Positions 51,721 through 64,000 of a stretch of 64,000 nucleotides of DNA are shown here, piece by piece. The notes beneath the pieces are model-generated. The model searched no databases and had not been told where the DNA came from. It saw only the letters and a list, made by a program, of their open reading frames with translations. The position numbers were made by a program, and so were the translations under genes. Each line of letters opens with the position of its first letter. Position 1 is the first letter of the stretch. Where the stretch lies: positions 38,812,001 to 38,876,000 of the forward strand of contig NC_043001.1 of assembly GCF_006345805.1 (NCBI RefSeq). The letters are read 5' to 3'. The DNA comes from Octopus sinensis. Taxonomy: Eukaryota.

Positions 51721-54683
51721 AACTTTCCCAGGTGAAGAATGTACCCCACAACATAGACTGGTAGTTAGTGACTTTAGGATCAGGACTAAGAGGACGACCA
51801 CAAGACGACCAACATGGAGAAGAAGGATCTGGAAGCTTAAAGATCCTACAAATGGACAGAGATTTAGAGACATATTACTTGAAGCCTTTGACGAAATAGA
51901 AGGGGATATATACACATGGGGCAGAAGACAACTGGAGGTCTCTAAGGGACAACCTGCTGAGAGCCACTGACCAGATCTGTGGTTGGTGCAAAGTCCCCTC
52001 AAGACCCAAAATAACGTGGTGGTGGAACAATATAGTTGACAGGGCTCTTAGACAAAAGAAACAGGCTTGGAAGCACTGGAAGAATAGTGGTAGCAGGGAA
52101 TTGTATCAGACTGCAAGAAGGGAAGCTAGGAGGCAGGTGTATTTAGCCAGAGTGGAAGCAGATAAGAAAAAAATTAACAATGTTCTGAGCCATGAGGAAG
52201 AAAGACTTGAGGTATTTCGTGTTGCAAGACAGAGTGTGAGAGAAAATCGTGATGTGGTAGGACAGAAATGTGTTCGCATGGATGATGGTTCACTTGCGCT
52301 AAATGAGGATGCAAAGAGAGAGGTTTGGAGACACCACTATGAAAGGTTGCTGAATAAAGAAAATGAATGGGATAAAGAGAGTCTGTCGAATGTCGATCCA
52401 ACAGAGGGACAAGCTATCCGAGTTGACAGTTCCTTAGTAGTTAAGGCAATTAGAAGCATGAAGACAGGGAAAGCCCCAGGCCCATCAGGAATTACTGCAG
52501 AGATGATTAAAATATCTGGCAGTGTCGGCTATAGCCCAGTCACCCATATAGTTAACCAGGTGATACACGAAGGAGTCATTCCCAATGACTGGTGTAGCAG
52601 CATAATAGTCAACTGCTAAAAAGTTAAAGGTGACGCCCTATATACAAATAACAACAGGGGTATCAAGCTATTGGATCAGGTAATGAAGGTTACGGAGAGG
52701 GTCATAGCCCAACTAATTAGAGAGAGAGTTAGTTTAGATGAGATGCAGTCTGGGCTCGTGCCAGGGAAAAGTACTGCTGATGCTATATTCCTGGTAAGAC
52801 AGCTGCAGGAGAAATACCTAGCCAAAGATAAGCCCCTGTACCTGGCTTTTGTTGACATGGAGAAAGCCTTCAACATGGTACTCCGATCACTTATCTGGTG
52901 GTCAATGAGGAAACTAGGGACAGATGAATTGTTAGTGAGAGCTGTGCGAGCCATGTACAGGGACGCTGCTAGTAAGGTGAGGGTTGGCAACGAGTACAGT
53001 GAAGAATTCCGGGTAGAGGTTGGGGTCCACCAAGGCTCAGTCCTCAGCCCCCTCCTATTTATCATAGTCCTCCAGGCAATAATGGAGAAATTCAAGACAG
53101 GATGCCCCTGGGAGCTCCTCTATGCTGGTGACCTTGCTCTAATTACTGAGTCACTATCAGAACTGGAGGAGAAGTTTCAGGTGTGGAAGCAAGGATTAGA
53201 ATCAAAGGGCCTTAGAGTCAACCTAGCTAAACCAAAGTCCTAATAAGTAGGAAGGTAGACAAATCACAAACGCCTTCAGGCAGATGGCCCTCCTCGATCT
53301 GTAGAAAAGGCGTAGGTAGAAACTCTATAAGATGTACCAAGTGTAAGCTATGGACACATAAGAGGTGCAGCAATGTCAAAGGAAGGCTAACTAGGAAAAT
53401 AGTTTTTGTATGTGGCAGATACTCAAGTGCAATAAACACTGAAAATGTGCAGAGACCAACTTCCACCACATTCCAGGGAGAAAAACTAGAAATAGTTGAT
53501 AGCTTCCATTACCTAGGTGACCAAGTCAGTAGCGGGGGTGGGTGTGCTAAAAATGTAACTGCTAGAGTAAGAATAGCCTGGGCAAAGTTCAGAGAGCTTT
53601 TACCCCTGTTGGTGACAAAGGGCTTCTCGCTCAGAGTAAAAGGCAGACTGTACGATGCATGTGTACGAACAGCCATGCTACATGGTAGTGAAACATGGGC
53701 TGTGACTGCTGAGGATATGCGCAAGCTCACAAGAAATGAAACCAGTATGCTCCGATGGATGTGTAATATCAGTGTTCATACTCAACAGAGTGTAAGTACC
53801 TTGAGAGAAAAGTTGGACCTAAGAAGCATCAGTTGTGGTGTGCAAGAGAGACGTTTGAGCTGGTATGGTCATGTGACGAGAATGGCTAAAGACAGTTGTG
53901 TGAAAATGTGCCACACCCTAGCGGTTGAGGGAACCTGTGGAAGAGATAGACCCAGGATAACCTGGGACGAGGTGGTGAAGCACGACCACCGAACTTTATG
54001 TTTCACCGACGAAGAGACTAGAGACCGAGACCTATGGAAGTATGCTGTGCGTGAGAAGATCTGGCAGGACAAGTGAGACCATAACCCATGGCCTCTATCT
54101 GGGATGTAGCCAGTCCACTTATGCATGCCTTTCCTTCTTGGGACACAAATCTCTACTTGTGAAGACCTGTTGAGGCAAGTGGAAATCAGAATCAAAATCG
54201 AAATCGATCAACATCAATGGAAATTGTAGCTGTGATACCAGTGCCGGGGGCACGTAAGCGAACCATCAAAACGTGCCCGTTGCCAGCACTGCCCCGGCTG
54301 GTCTCTGTGCCGGTGGCACATAAAAAGCACCATCCGATCATGGCTGTTGCCAGCCTGGCCTGGCCCCTGTGCTGGTGGCACGTAAAAAGCACCATCGGAT
54401 CATGGCCGTTGGCATTCTCGCCTGGCCCCCGTGCCGGTGGCACGTAAAAAGCACCATTCGACTGTGGCCATTTGCCAGCCCAGCCTGGCACCTGTGCTGG
54501 TGGCACGTAAAAAGCACCAACTACACTCACGGAGTGGTTGGCGTTAGGAAGGGCATCCAACCGTAGAAACATTGCCAGATCAGACTGGGCCTGGTGCAGC
54601 CTTCTGGCTTCCCAGACCCCAGTTGAACTGTCCAACCCATGCTAGCACGGAAAGCGAACGCTAAATGATGATGATGATGATGA
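51721..54683 (+). mobile_element. Best-preserved RTE family A copy (end of APE to tail)
   Basis: ORFs of 172, 190 and 209 aa; GVHQGSVLSPLLF, LYAGDL, FHYLGD; (GAT)n tail. Confidence 0.95.
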
Positions 54684-55929
54684 TATATATGTCTTATGTG
54701 AATATGTACTCCTTTATTATTTTATTTGTATCTTCCCTTATACATGCACCCTTGTATGTATGTGTGTATCTATGTATGATTGTATATCCTTGTGGTAAGT
54801 GTATACGTTTTTCTATAACTTGTAAATTAATAATTTTCTCCTTCATATATTTGTATTTGTGCTTATTCTTTTTTGATTGTCTCAGGCTAGTTTTTGAGTA
54901 AGAGAACACTTCTGAGTACACTGGCCTGTCCTGTCTGAGATCATTGTTTCTCTTAGTTAAGTTTTTTTTGTTTTGTTTTTTTCTCTGCTTGTATGTACCA
55001 TTTTACTTAAATATTGTATCATTTTCAAACATAGTCTTGTCTCTCAGGTTTAAGCCTCTTGTAATATATATATATATTTTTGTTTTCCATTATTAATATG
55101 TATACATATAATTCTCTATGGATTTTTTCTGCTAGTGAACCTGTTGCGTTATATTCTACTAGACACATGTGGGTTTGTTTATATTATACTTTGTCTCAAC
55201 CTGTTATTATTTCTTTAAACATATCCATTAGATTTTTATTTTTATGTTATAGTTTACTGCACATATAGACTTGCATACACATTGATAAGTCTTTCTTTTT
55301 CTTCCCTCTCACTATTATTATTTTTCCCTTTTACAACTTGTTTGTAAATATCTGATTTTTCCCTATTACCCCATCTGTATTCTCTCTCATTGTACCTTAT
55401 TTTATTTTATTTTACTTTATTTAAAAGTATGCATAAATTTAATTATAATTACTATGATTATAATTTTTTCTTACATATATTTTTGTCTTTCAAAATGTGC
55501 ATATGTATTGAATCCAATATTGTATTAAATCTAATTTTGATTCAACATCATTTTTCTCCATTTTTTATACTTGTTTTTGGTATATTTATACCTATAATGA
55601 AATTTTTCAACTATATATATATGTATAAATATATATTTGATTACCTAAGTCTGAGGAGCTAGATTCATATGACAAGCCTACAAAACTTTAAGTTGCTTGG
55701 AGTCAAACCAAACTGTTATTAAATACTAACATATGTATTGCTAGTCAAATGCATTGAGTGCCTCTTTCTTTCGTTTCTCCAATCATTCAGTTCACTCTAT
55801 AAGTTGGTTGGTGTTAGCAAGGGCATCCAGTCATAAAACCCCTGCCAAAACAGTTAGTGAAACCTGTTGCAATCTTCTGTCAAGCCAGCCTGTCAAATAT
55901 CCAACCCAGATGTGAAATGATGATGATGA

Positions 55930-58280
55930 TGATTTGTGGTTGGAGCAAAGCTTTTGCCAGATCAAAGGTGATATGGTGGTGGAACAATCAGGTCGACAGG
56001 GCTATAAAAGAGAAGAAATGGGTTTGGAAAGTGTGGAAAAGGGATGGTAGCAAAGAATCATGTTAGGTAGCTGAAAGGGAAGCAAGGTACCAGATTTATC
56101 TTGCTAAGGTAGAAGCAGACAGGAAGAGGTTTGCCAATATCTTACAGTATGAAGACCAGAGACTTGAGATTTTGCATATTGCTACACAGGTGCAGGAGTG
56201 GCTGTGTGGTAAGTAGCTTGCTTACCAACCACATGGTTCCGGGTTTATTGCCACTGTGTGGCACCTTGGGCAAGTATCTTCTACTATAGCATCAGGCTGA
56301 CCAAAGTGTTGTGAGTGGATTTGGTAGACGGAAACTGAAAGAAACCTGTCGTATATATGTATATATATATATGTGTGTGTGTAAATATTTGTGTGTCTGT
56401 GTTTGCCCCCCCCCCCAACATCGCTTGACAACCAATTGTGGCGTGTTTACATCCCTGTAACTTTGCAGTTCAGCAAAAGAGACCGAGAGAGTAAGTACTA
56501 GGCTTACAAAGAATACGTCCTGGGGTCGATTTGCTCGACTAAAGGCACTGCTCTATCATGGCCGCAGTCAAATGACTGAAACAAGTAAAATAGTAGAAGA
56601 GTGTGTCAGAGAGAATTGAGATGTTGTGTGAGATAAAATGTGTACAGATAGATAATGGCATGCTAGTATTTAGTGATTTGGAAAAGAAAAATGTGTGAAA
56701 GAGCTACTGTGAAGGGCTATTAAATGTGGCGGATGAATAGAAAAAGGGAGTCTCCCCATCATGTGAACCCAACAGAGAGGCCAACCATTCATATAGACAG
56801 CAGTATGATAAATAATGTAATTAAAGATATAGAGACTGGAAAAACCCCTGGTTCATCAGGAGTCACTGTTGAGATGCTTAAAATATCTATAAAGAAGGAT
56901 ACAGTCTGGACACTGTTTAGTTAATTAGGTTATTCAGGAAGGTATAATCCCCAATGACTGGTATACCAGGATCATAATCAGCTACTAAAACAGTAAATGA
57001 AATGCATTTAACATAATTAATTATAGAGGCCTCGAATTACTTGACAAAGTGATAACAGTTATGGAGAGAATAATAACCCAATTAATTAGAAACACATTAA
57101 GCTAGATGAAATGCAGTTTGGCACAGTAATGGGAAGAAGTCAGGCAAGTACAAGGGTAATATTAAGCTAAGAATAAGCTGTTGTACTTGGCATTAGTTGA
57201 CCTGGAGAAAGCATTCAACAGAGCACCCTGCTCTGTAATATGCTGGTCTTTCAGGAAGCTAGAGATGGATAGATGGCTTGTGAAAAGCACTACAGGTATT
57301 ATACAGGGTTGCTATAAATAATATTAGGGTTAGTCATGAGAACAGTGATAGATTCAGATAAATTTTAGGGTTAGGTGTACATAAAGGCTCAGTCCTCAGC
57401 CACCTCTTATTCAGAACTGTCCTCCAGGTCATAACAGAGGAATTTAAGCCTGGAAACCAATGAGAACTACTATATGTAAATTACCTTGCTCTCATAGCAG
57501 AATCTGTAACAAAACTAGAAAAAAGTTTCAGGTGTGGAAGCAAAGCCTGGAATCAAAGAGCCCTGAAGTTAACTTAGCAAAGACAAAAGCCTTAGTAAAC
57601 AAGAAAACAAACAGGACCCTACTCACTTCAGGTAAACAGTTTTTCTCAGAATGTAAGAATGGTGTAGGCAGAAATTCATTTCAGTGTATTCAGGGCAAGC
57701 AATGGATGCACAACAGGTGCAGTGGAACAGTAGGGAGGTTAACAGAGAAAGTAGTGTCTGTATGTGGAAAATGCATAGGAGTCATAAAATCTACAAGTAT
57801 ACAGGAAATGGATTTTCACAAATGCCTAAGAAGGTGCTCTAAAGGTACTGGGCAATATCTGCTAGCTAGGTGACCTAATTTTCAGTGGAGGAGGAAATGA
57901 AATTGCTAGAATAAGATGGAGAAAGTTCAGAGATCTTTCACTTCAAGTAGCAACCAAAAGTCTCTCTTTCTGAGAGAAAGGAAAGTTGTGTGATGCCTGT
58001 GCAGAAACAGGAATGCTACGTGATAGTCAGCCATGGTCCCTGAATGTAGAGGGCATGCAAAGACTAGAAAGGTGTGAAGTTACTATGTTCAGTATGATGT
58101 GTAATGTTTGTCTGCAAGGGGCTCTTTCCCCTCACCATCTCCAACATCTCAACCTTATCAACCTACAGAAGTCAATGGAGCCTGGTACAGCTCATGGCCA
58201 TGCCAGCTCCAGTCAAACCATCTCACTCATACCGACATGGAAAATTGATGCTAAACGATGACAATGATGATGGTGATGAT
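55930..58280 (+). mobile_element. Degenerate RTE copy interrupted by a SINE
   Basis: WWWNNQVDRAIKEK, GKTPGSSG, FQVWKQSLESK. Confidence 0.8.
56187..56596 (+). mobile_element. tRNA-derived SINE
   Basis: Same sequence family as 5457-5855. Confidence 0.85.
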
Positions 58281-58539
58281 GATAATATATACTTGTGTGT
58301 ATGTGCGTGTGTGCATATTCAAGAATAACATTTCTGATGACAATCAGAAATCCAACCAGTATACACACTAAAAAAGTTAATGCATTGAAAGAATGTTCAT
58401 TTTAAGATACGAAGATGATGATGATGACTTCTCAGCTTTTTAGAATAATTAATAATTTTGTTAATTTCATCAAACCAAGAATAATTTATGAATCAACTAG
58501 GTCACTCTTCTGAAATCAAACATTTAATCTCAGTGATAA

Positions 58540-58750
58540 AACTGATTTCAAGTTTTGGCACAAGGCCATCAATTTCAAAGGAGTAAAGTCACTTAAATCG
58601 ACCCTAGTGTTCAATTGGTACTTATTTTATCGATGCCAAAAGAATTAAAGGCAAAACTGATTCCAGCAGCATTTGAACTCAGAACTTAAAATCTAAAGAA
58701 ATGCTGCTAAGAATTTTTCCCAGCACAGTAACAATTCGGCCAGCTCAGCT
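58540..58750 (-). mobile_element. Second SINE family, copy 1
   Basis: ttttggcacaaggcc..ggtacttattttatcga..atttgaactcagaac; matches 60222-60460. Confidence 0.7.
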
Positions 58751-59426
58751 GTAATATTGCTATTTCAATAACACTGGAATAATATAATGAGGAAAATTAT
58801 AAACATTAAAATATTATTGGCAGCAATATATAAACAAGTTTGTTTTTGAATTGCTGAAATGTATTGTAGTACAAGTAGAAAGATATTTTTTTTCGACATG
58901 TAAATACTGACTGTACAGCATATATAGAATAAAAGCCTTACAGAGTAGAAAAATCTGTCAGCAACCAGCCATGGGAATCAAGCTCACATCCCTTTGATTT
59001 CCAGTCAAGTGCTTTACCATTAAGCTAAACTGGTTTACTGACAAATTCTTCTGCAATTTAGAACTTATAAAGTCATCCAGAAACGCTAGATGCAATACAG
59101 ATTTTGTCATATGTAAACAAACAAGTTTGTTTTTGTAGCACTGAAATGTTTTGTAGTACAAGTAGAAAGATATATTTTTCAACATGTAAATACTGATAGA
59201 ACAACATATATAGGATAAAATACAGAGAAGAAAAATCATCATCATCTTCATCATGTATTAAAATGAACATTCTTTCAATGTATTATTGGCAGTATTAGTT
59301 TGTTACAACATTTTGTGAATTGAATGAAACTCAAAGTTAGTGTTTATAGAAATATACTTTCTTCATGGTCATAATAGATTAATATTAACAGGAAAATACA
59401 TACAAATGATTTATATTTGTACTTAC

Positions 59427-59696
59427 TGAATAATGGTCTTGCATAAAATCTTATCTTATCAGTGGTGATTTCACAAACAATTGCTTGCTCATTATTTTCA
59501 AGAAGTGTGATGTTTATGATGCTGACATTGTTAGGAAACACATTTGCTTTAATGCTTAAAGTATTATAAATTCTGTTAATGACTGTTCCATCAATTTGCC
59601 AGTGTTTAAAGTTTTGCTTTTCAACAGGACATTCAAAAGTTACTGGTTGATTCTTCCTGGTAAATTTTGTGCCACCCTCAATTATTCCAAGAGAAA
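59427..59696 (-). CDS. Exon encoding one immunoglobulin-superfamily domain
   Basis: Acceptor ttcatttccttcag and donor A|gtaagt; 270 nt, phase 1-1, open frame; VTFEC..WQIDG..SIINI..AIVC; sequons NVS, NIT. Confidence 0.82.
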
Positions 59697-60221
59697 CTGA
59701 AGGAAATGAAAATATAAAACACATATAAATCATTTAATAGCTACCTTGTTATTCCTAGAAGTAATTTTTCTAATGCAAGAACAACAACTTGAAATAAGAG
59801 GATTAATTGAAAAATTTGTTTTAAAGTATAATTTAAAATTAAATGTGAATACATGTACAGAGAATATTTCAGAGAGAAGAGGAATCACACCCATGTATCA
59901 TAGATAATGCCTAAGGCATCAACTTTCTGTCAATGTCTCAAATATTATAATCATATCATATGATCAGGAGAAATGTAAAAGAAACATGTCAATCAGAAGC
60001 ACACACCTACTTTAGGATGTGAAATCAGACATTCAAATATGAAGAGATATTCGGTTCCTGAACTTTATTTAAATAACACAGATGATTACCATTTTGTTCT
60101 ATTTTCTGTGAAATCTGTATTTGTATTTACATTTAGTTTTAAAATTTAAAAGATTTTATTTAATATATTTAATTGGGCAAAAATTAACAGCGGACAGAAT
60201 GATGAAGAAGACGATGAAAAT

Positions 60222-60460
60222 ATTGATTTCAAATTTTGGTACAAGGCCAGGAATTTCGGAGGAGGGAATAAGTTGATCACATACTAAACTAGGAGGGAAT
60301 AAGTTGATCACATACTAAACTAGTACTTATTTTATTGACCTGGAAAGGATGAAAGGCAAAGTCTCAACCTCAGTGGAATTTGAACTGAGAATGTAATGCT
60401 GGACAAAATGCCACAAAACATCTTGTTCAGTGTGCTAATGAGTCTGCCAGTTCACCACCT
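60222..60460 (-). mobile_element. Second SINE family, copy 2
   Basis: As 58540; contains a 31-bp exact tandem duplication at 60261-60322. Confidence 0.7.
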
Positions 60461-60520
60461 TAAAGACAATGAGAATATTAAAAGGTAGGGAATGGTATTA
60501 AAAAGTTCCCAGAGTAGTTA

Positions 60521-61693
60521 TCTGTATATATAAAAGGTATGATGTGTGTGTGTGTGTGTGTGTGTGGATGTAATTTATGCATGTCCTCAAATTAGCATGC
60601 ATGTCGCTCCAATTTTAGGACATTCGTCATGACCCTAGCTGTATTTTCATCAACATATTTTTCCCAGCGGCACCAGCATAGTGGTAAAAATGAATTTTCA
60701 GCCAAAACTTTTAGCAATTTTCAAGTCGGAGAAATCCACCTTTGTTTACAACAGGAGTTAAGTCCCCTTCTAGCTATGAGTAAGTTTTTGTTAAAACTTT
60801 TGTTAAGTATTTTGTCGATATACGGGCAACACACACACACACACATACACACACACACGAACATGTATCCAAACAAAACACATGTATGCAATATGTGTAT
60901 GATCGTGTGTGTGTGTATATATATATATATTCTTAAGACTTAGTTGTGATCTGAATGTAATCACTTCTGAAACAGAGGAGCGGGAGCTCTTTTGGGCATT
61001 CTATTTTCCTTGCTGGAAGGCTTCCCAACCCATGGGCAAAGGGGGGTTAGATGATGGGGGTGGTGTTTTCAAAGGGCTGGCATGTGCAACCTGATCACAT
61101 GTGCATGTGCAGCCTGATCAATCCATGCGCTCCCATCACGACACCGATTCTGCAGAACTGAGTTGGGTGTGAAAACCAACTTTAAAGTATAAATATTTAT
61201 GTTTTTGAATCAACAATATTGTGTTCGGTTAAGTCCTATTTGGGATGAAAAACCAATTAACTGATTCCTTATGGGGTTTTCCATTTAATCAGGATAAAAT
61301 AAATCAAAAAAAAATCGATAAACCGATTCCTTATAGGATTTCCCAATAAAATTGGCTACACCCCATTTTCAACCATAACTTTTACCAAATTTTATGTATT
61401 TTGTTCAAACTTGATGCCAGCATTACTTAGGAGTCATGGGATCTTTGAATGCTCTAAGTTCTCCAAAACCGAAAATGAAAAAAATCGATGAGTTGAAAAA
61501 AATCAATAAACCGATTCCTTATGGGATTTCCCAATCAAGTCATCTGCAACTCATTTTCAACCAAAAGTTTATCAATTTCAACAGATTTCGCTCAAATATG
61601 ACATCGATGTTACTTAGTTTGGTTTGAAATAAAGAACTTGATTAGCTTAATAATCCTAACTTAATCCCGGGCAAAGCCGGGCTACACTGCTAG
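60521..61693 (+). mobile_element. Complete non-autonomous Helitron
   Basis: 5' TC; 3' hairpin CCCGG-gcaaag-CCGGG then CTAG; lies between A(60520) and T(61694). Confidence 0.85.
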
Positions 61694-62815
61694 TCTTTAA
61701 TAAAAAAAATAACTTGTTTACTTAAGTTTTAACAGCATCTCTTTTGAAAAAGTCATCTTGCACAGCAATACACTGATCCCAGCATTCCTGCCACTATTGG
61801 AATTTGGCCTGGAAGTCATTTTCTGTAAGCGAGTCGAGGACTTTCTGTGATTCACTCTTGATCATGACAATAGTGTTAAAATGGCAACCTTTGAGCTGAA
61901 TTTTTACCTTGGCAAAGAGATGGCAGTCTGTAAATGCTAAACCTGGCAAATAGGGCAAGTGTGAGAGTGATACCATGTTGTTTTTGGCAAGGAACTCAGA
62001 TAAGGAGCATTGTCATCATGAAGAATCAACTTCTGTGTGCTCAAAAGATCTGGTTGCTTTCGGCGAATGTCCTCCCTCAAATGCTTCACAACATCGCAGT
62101 AAAATTCTACATTGACTGTCTGGCCTTGGGGGATGAATTCTTTATGCACAATACTGGTTATGTTGAAAAAACAATGAGCATGCTCTTGATTGAGCTGTAG
62201 CTCTGTCATGCCTTCTTTGGTCATGGTGATGAAGGCCTCTTCCATTGGGATAATGGTTGGTTCATCTCAGGGTTGTACCCATAGACCCAACTCTTATCAC
62301 CGGTGATGATCCTTGATGTAAAGGATGAGTCATCAGTGGCATGCCAATGGAGATCTTGACAGACTTTGACATGATGTTCTTTCTGTTCAGTAGTCAGCAG
62401 GCAGGGAACAAACTTGGCAAAGACACACTACATGTTCAATTCAGATGTTAGGATTGCCTCGATGAACCAATATGACAAACCAGCATCAGCAATGTTGTTC
62501 TCTTCAGATGATCCTCATGCACAAACTGATGAATTTACAGGCTGACATTCATGGTAGGTCACCCAGATTGCTCCCTATCTCCTAGGATGTTCTTCCACTT
62601 TTGAAGCACCCACACTACTTGAAACTTTGCATACGACTTATTGCCTCATCGCCGTAAGATTGCCAAAGCATGATCAATGTCTCTGTAGCAGACTTCCCAA
62701 GTTTAATGCAAAATTTCAGATTGGCCCTTGGTTCCAACTTTCAGTTTATGACAAAATTGCAAACTATAGCACAAACATGATCACAAAAACACAAATTTCA
62801 CAACTTGCGAAGTAA
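61694..62815 (-). mobile_element. Mariner transposase remnant (terminus continues at about 60488-60520)
   Basis: VHKEFIPQGQTVNVEFYC, LHDDNAP, HLPYLPGLA. Confidence 0.9.
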
Positions 62816-64000
62816 ACACTAGCGCCGCTAAGGGTAATATTCTCTGCAGATGCACAAAAGCTTATTTCAGAGTTATTTACTTTGAATTGTTATTATCTCC
62901 TATCTGATTAGCCTGTCCTTACATAACATGCTTCATGATTTTAGTATACATACCTTATTAGTGTTTCCTCTTAAGTTCTATATACTCTGGGAATGTATTA
63001 AAGCCATTTTGGGGCTACTTTGTTTGAAATTTTACTATCGGGTAATTAATTTCATGTTATTACATAACTGCCTTCAAAATTTGGGATTCCTAAAAACAGA
63101 ATCCGGTGTAAGACAGTTTGGTATTCTCAATAAATGCACAAAAAACGTTTTAACGGTTACATACTTTGTATTATTGTTATTGGATAAGCGAAACAATTAT
63201 GAGAATGGAACCATGGGATAATCCCCGATTTCCAAGGAAATACTGGGTACATCAGCTAGTACTACATATGTGGGAAATTCTGTCTGTGGGTGTGTTTGTG
63301 GAGTTGTTAGCTAACTCCTCCTACATAGTTTTATCAATTTTGATAAAACTTGACATGAGAGTAAAACACATGTCTGAAAACCTCATGGCACCCTCAGATT
63401 GTTGCAAAATCGATAATAGGGTCCCTGGAAGTGATCCTTATATATATCTAATATATTCTATTTTAAAAACCAAGGGAAATAACCCATTTGCCCCTGGAAG
63501 GGGTCCTTATTTAAAGCCAAGAGAAATAACCCTTCCATTTTCCTAAATTATTTAGCAAAAATGAAATTGAGTATGTTTATTTCTTAGTATTTGAACCGAC
63601 AGAGTTATTTTCGCAATTTATCTAGTACAACCCTGAAACAAGTAAATAGTATTTTCCTATACAATAGATCTACTTAATTCAGTTAGTGAATTATTCACGA
63701 ATATACCAACACTAGTGCCCCTGAGGGTAATATTCTCTGGGAACATACAAAAGCCATTTGCAGAGTTGCTTAATTTTGAATTGTTATCATCTCATATATG
63801 ATTAGCCTGTTCTTATGTAACATGCTTCATGATTTTAGTATACATACCTTATTAATATTTTCTCCTATGTTCTATATAATTTAGGAATGTATTAAAGCCA
63901 TTTTCAGGGATACTTTACTTGAATTCTTACTATCAGGTAATTAATTTCATGTTATTACATAACTGACTTCACAATTTGGGAATTCATAACTTATTGGGAA
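62814..64000 (+). repeat. Tandem repeat of about 894-bp period, probably head-to-tail Helitrons
   Basis: 62814-63090 recurs at 63708-63985; CTAG|T junction at 63256-63260. Confidence 0.65.

Noticed and set aside
51721-51780. APE C-terminal motif PQH instead of SDH
   Set aside because: I recall QH variants in other RTE-clade elements, so not treated as new
54192-54635. Recurring 90-147 aa ORF MDxxxGVWEARRLHQ
   Set aside because: Antisense reading of the GC-rich RTE 3' UTR; length varies with repeat number
59740-60220. Signal-peptide exon for the upstream Ig exon
   Set aside because: No ATG, hydrophobic stretch and phase-1 donor combination found

Overview
AT-rich eukaryotic (animal) genomic DNA. 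The tRNA-derived SINEs, (ATG)n-tailed RTE LINEs and dense microsatellites resemble an Octopus genome (inferred from family recognition, not from a search). Most of the window is nested, decayed transposons: many RTE LINE copies, a BovB-like RTE, a young CR1 fragment, two Penelope-like elements (PLEs), an R2-group (HERO/NeSL-like) fragment, mariners, non-autonomous Helitrons and SINEs. The only host-gene sequence I can support is two minus-strand, phase 1-1, single Ig-domain exons (59427-59696 and 4207-4515) about 55 kb apart. Main observations: (1) several hammerhead ribozyme motifs in non-coding repeats, including an intact canonical one (50034-50139), one with a compensatory G3-C8 core swap (51621-51671) and one downstream of a tRNA-like Pol III head (3915-4160); (2) a C4HC3 PHD-like finger inside the RT domain of the dominant RTE family; (3) head-to-tail Helitron junctions. 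All folding and alignment was done by eye; boundaries of decayed elements are approximate.
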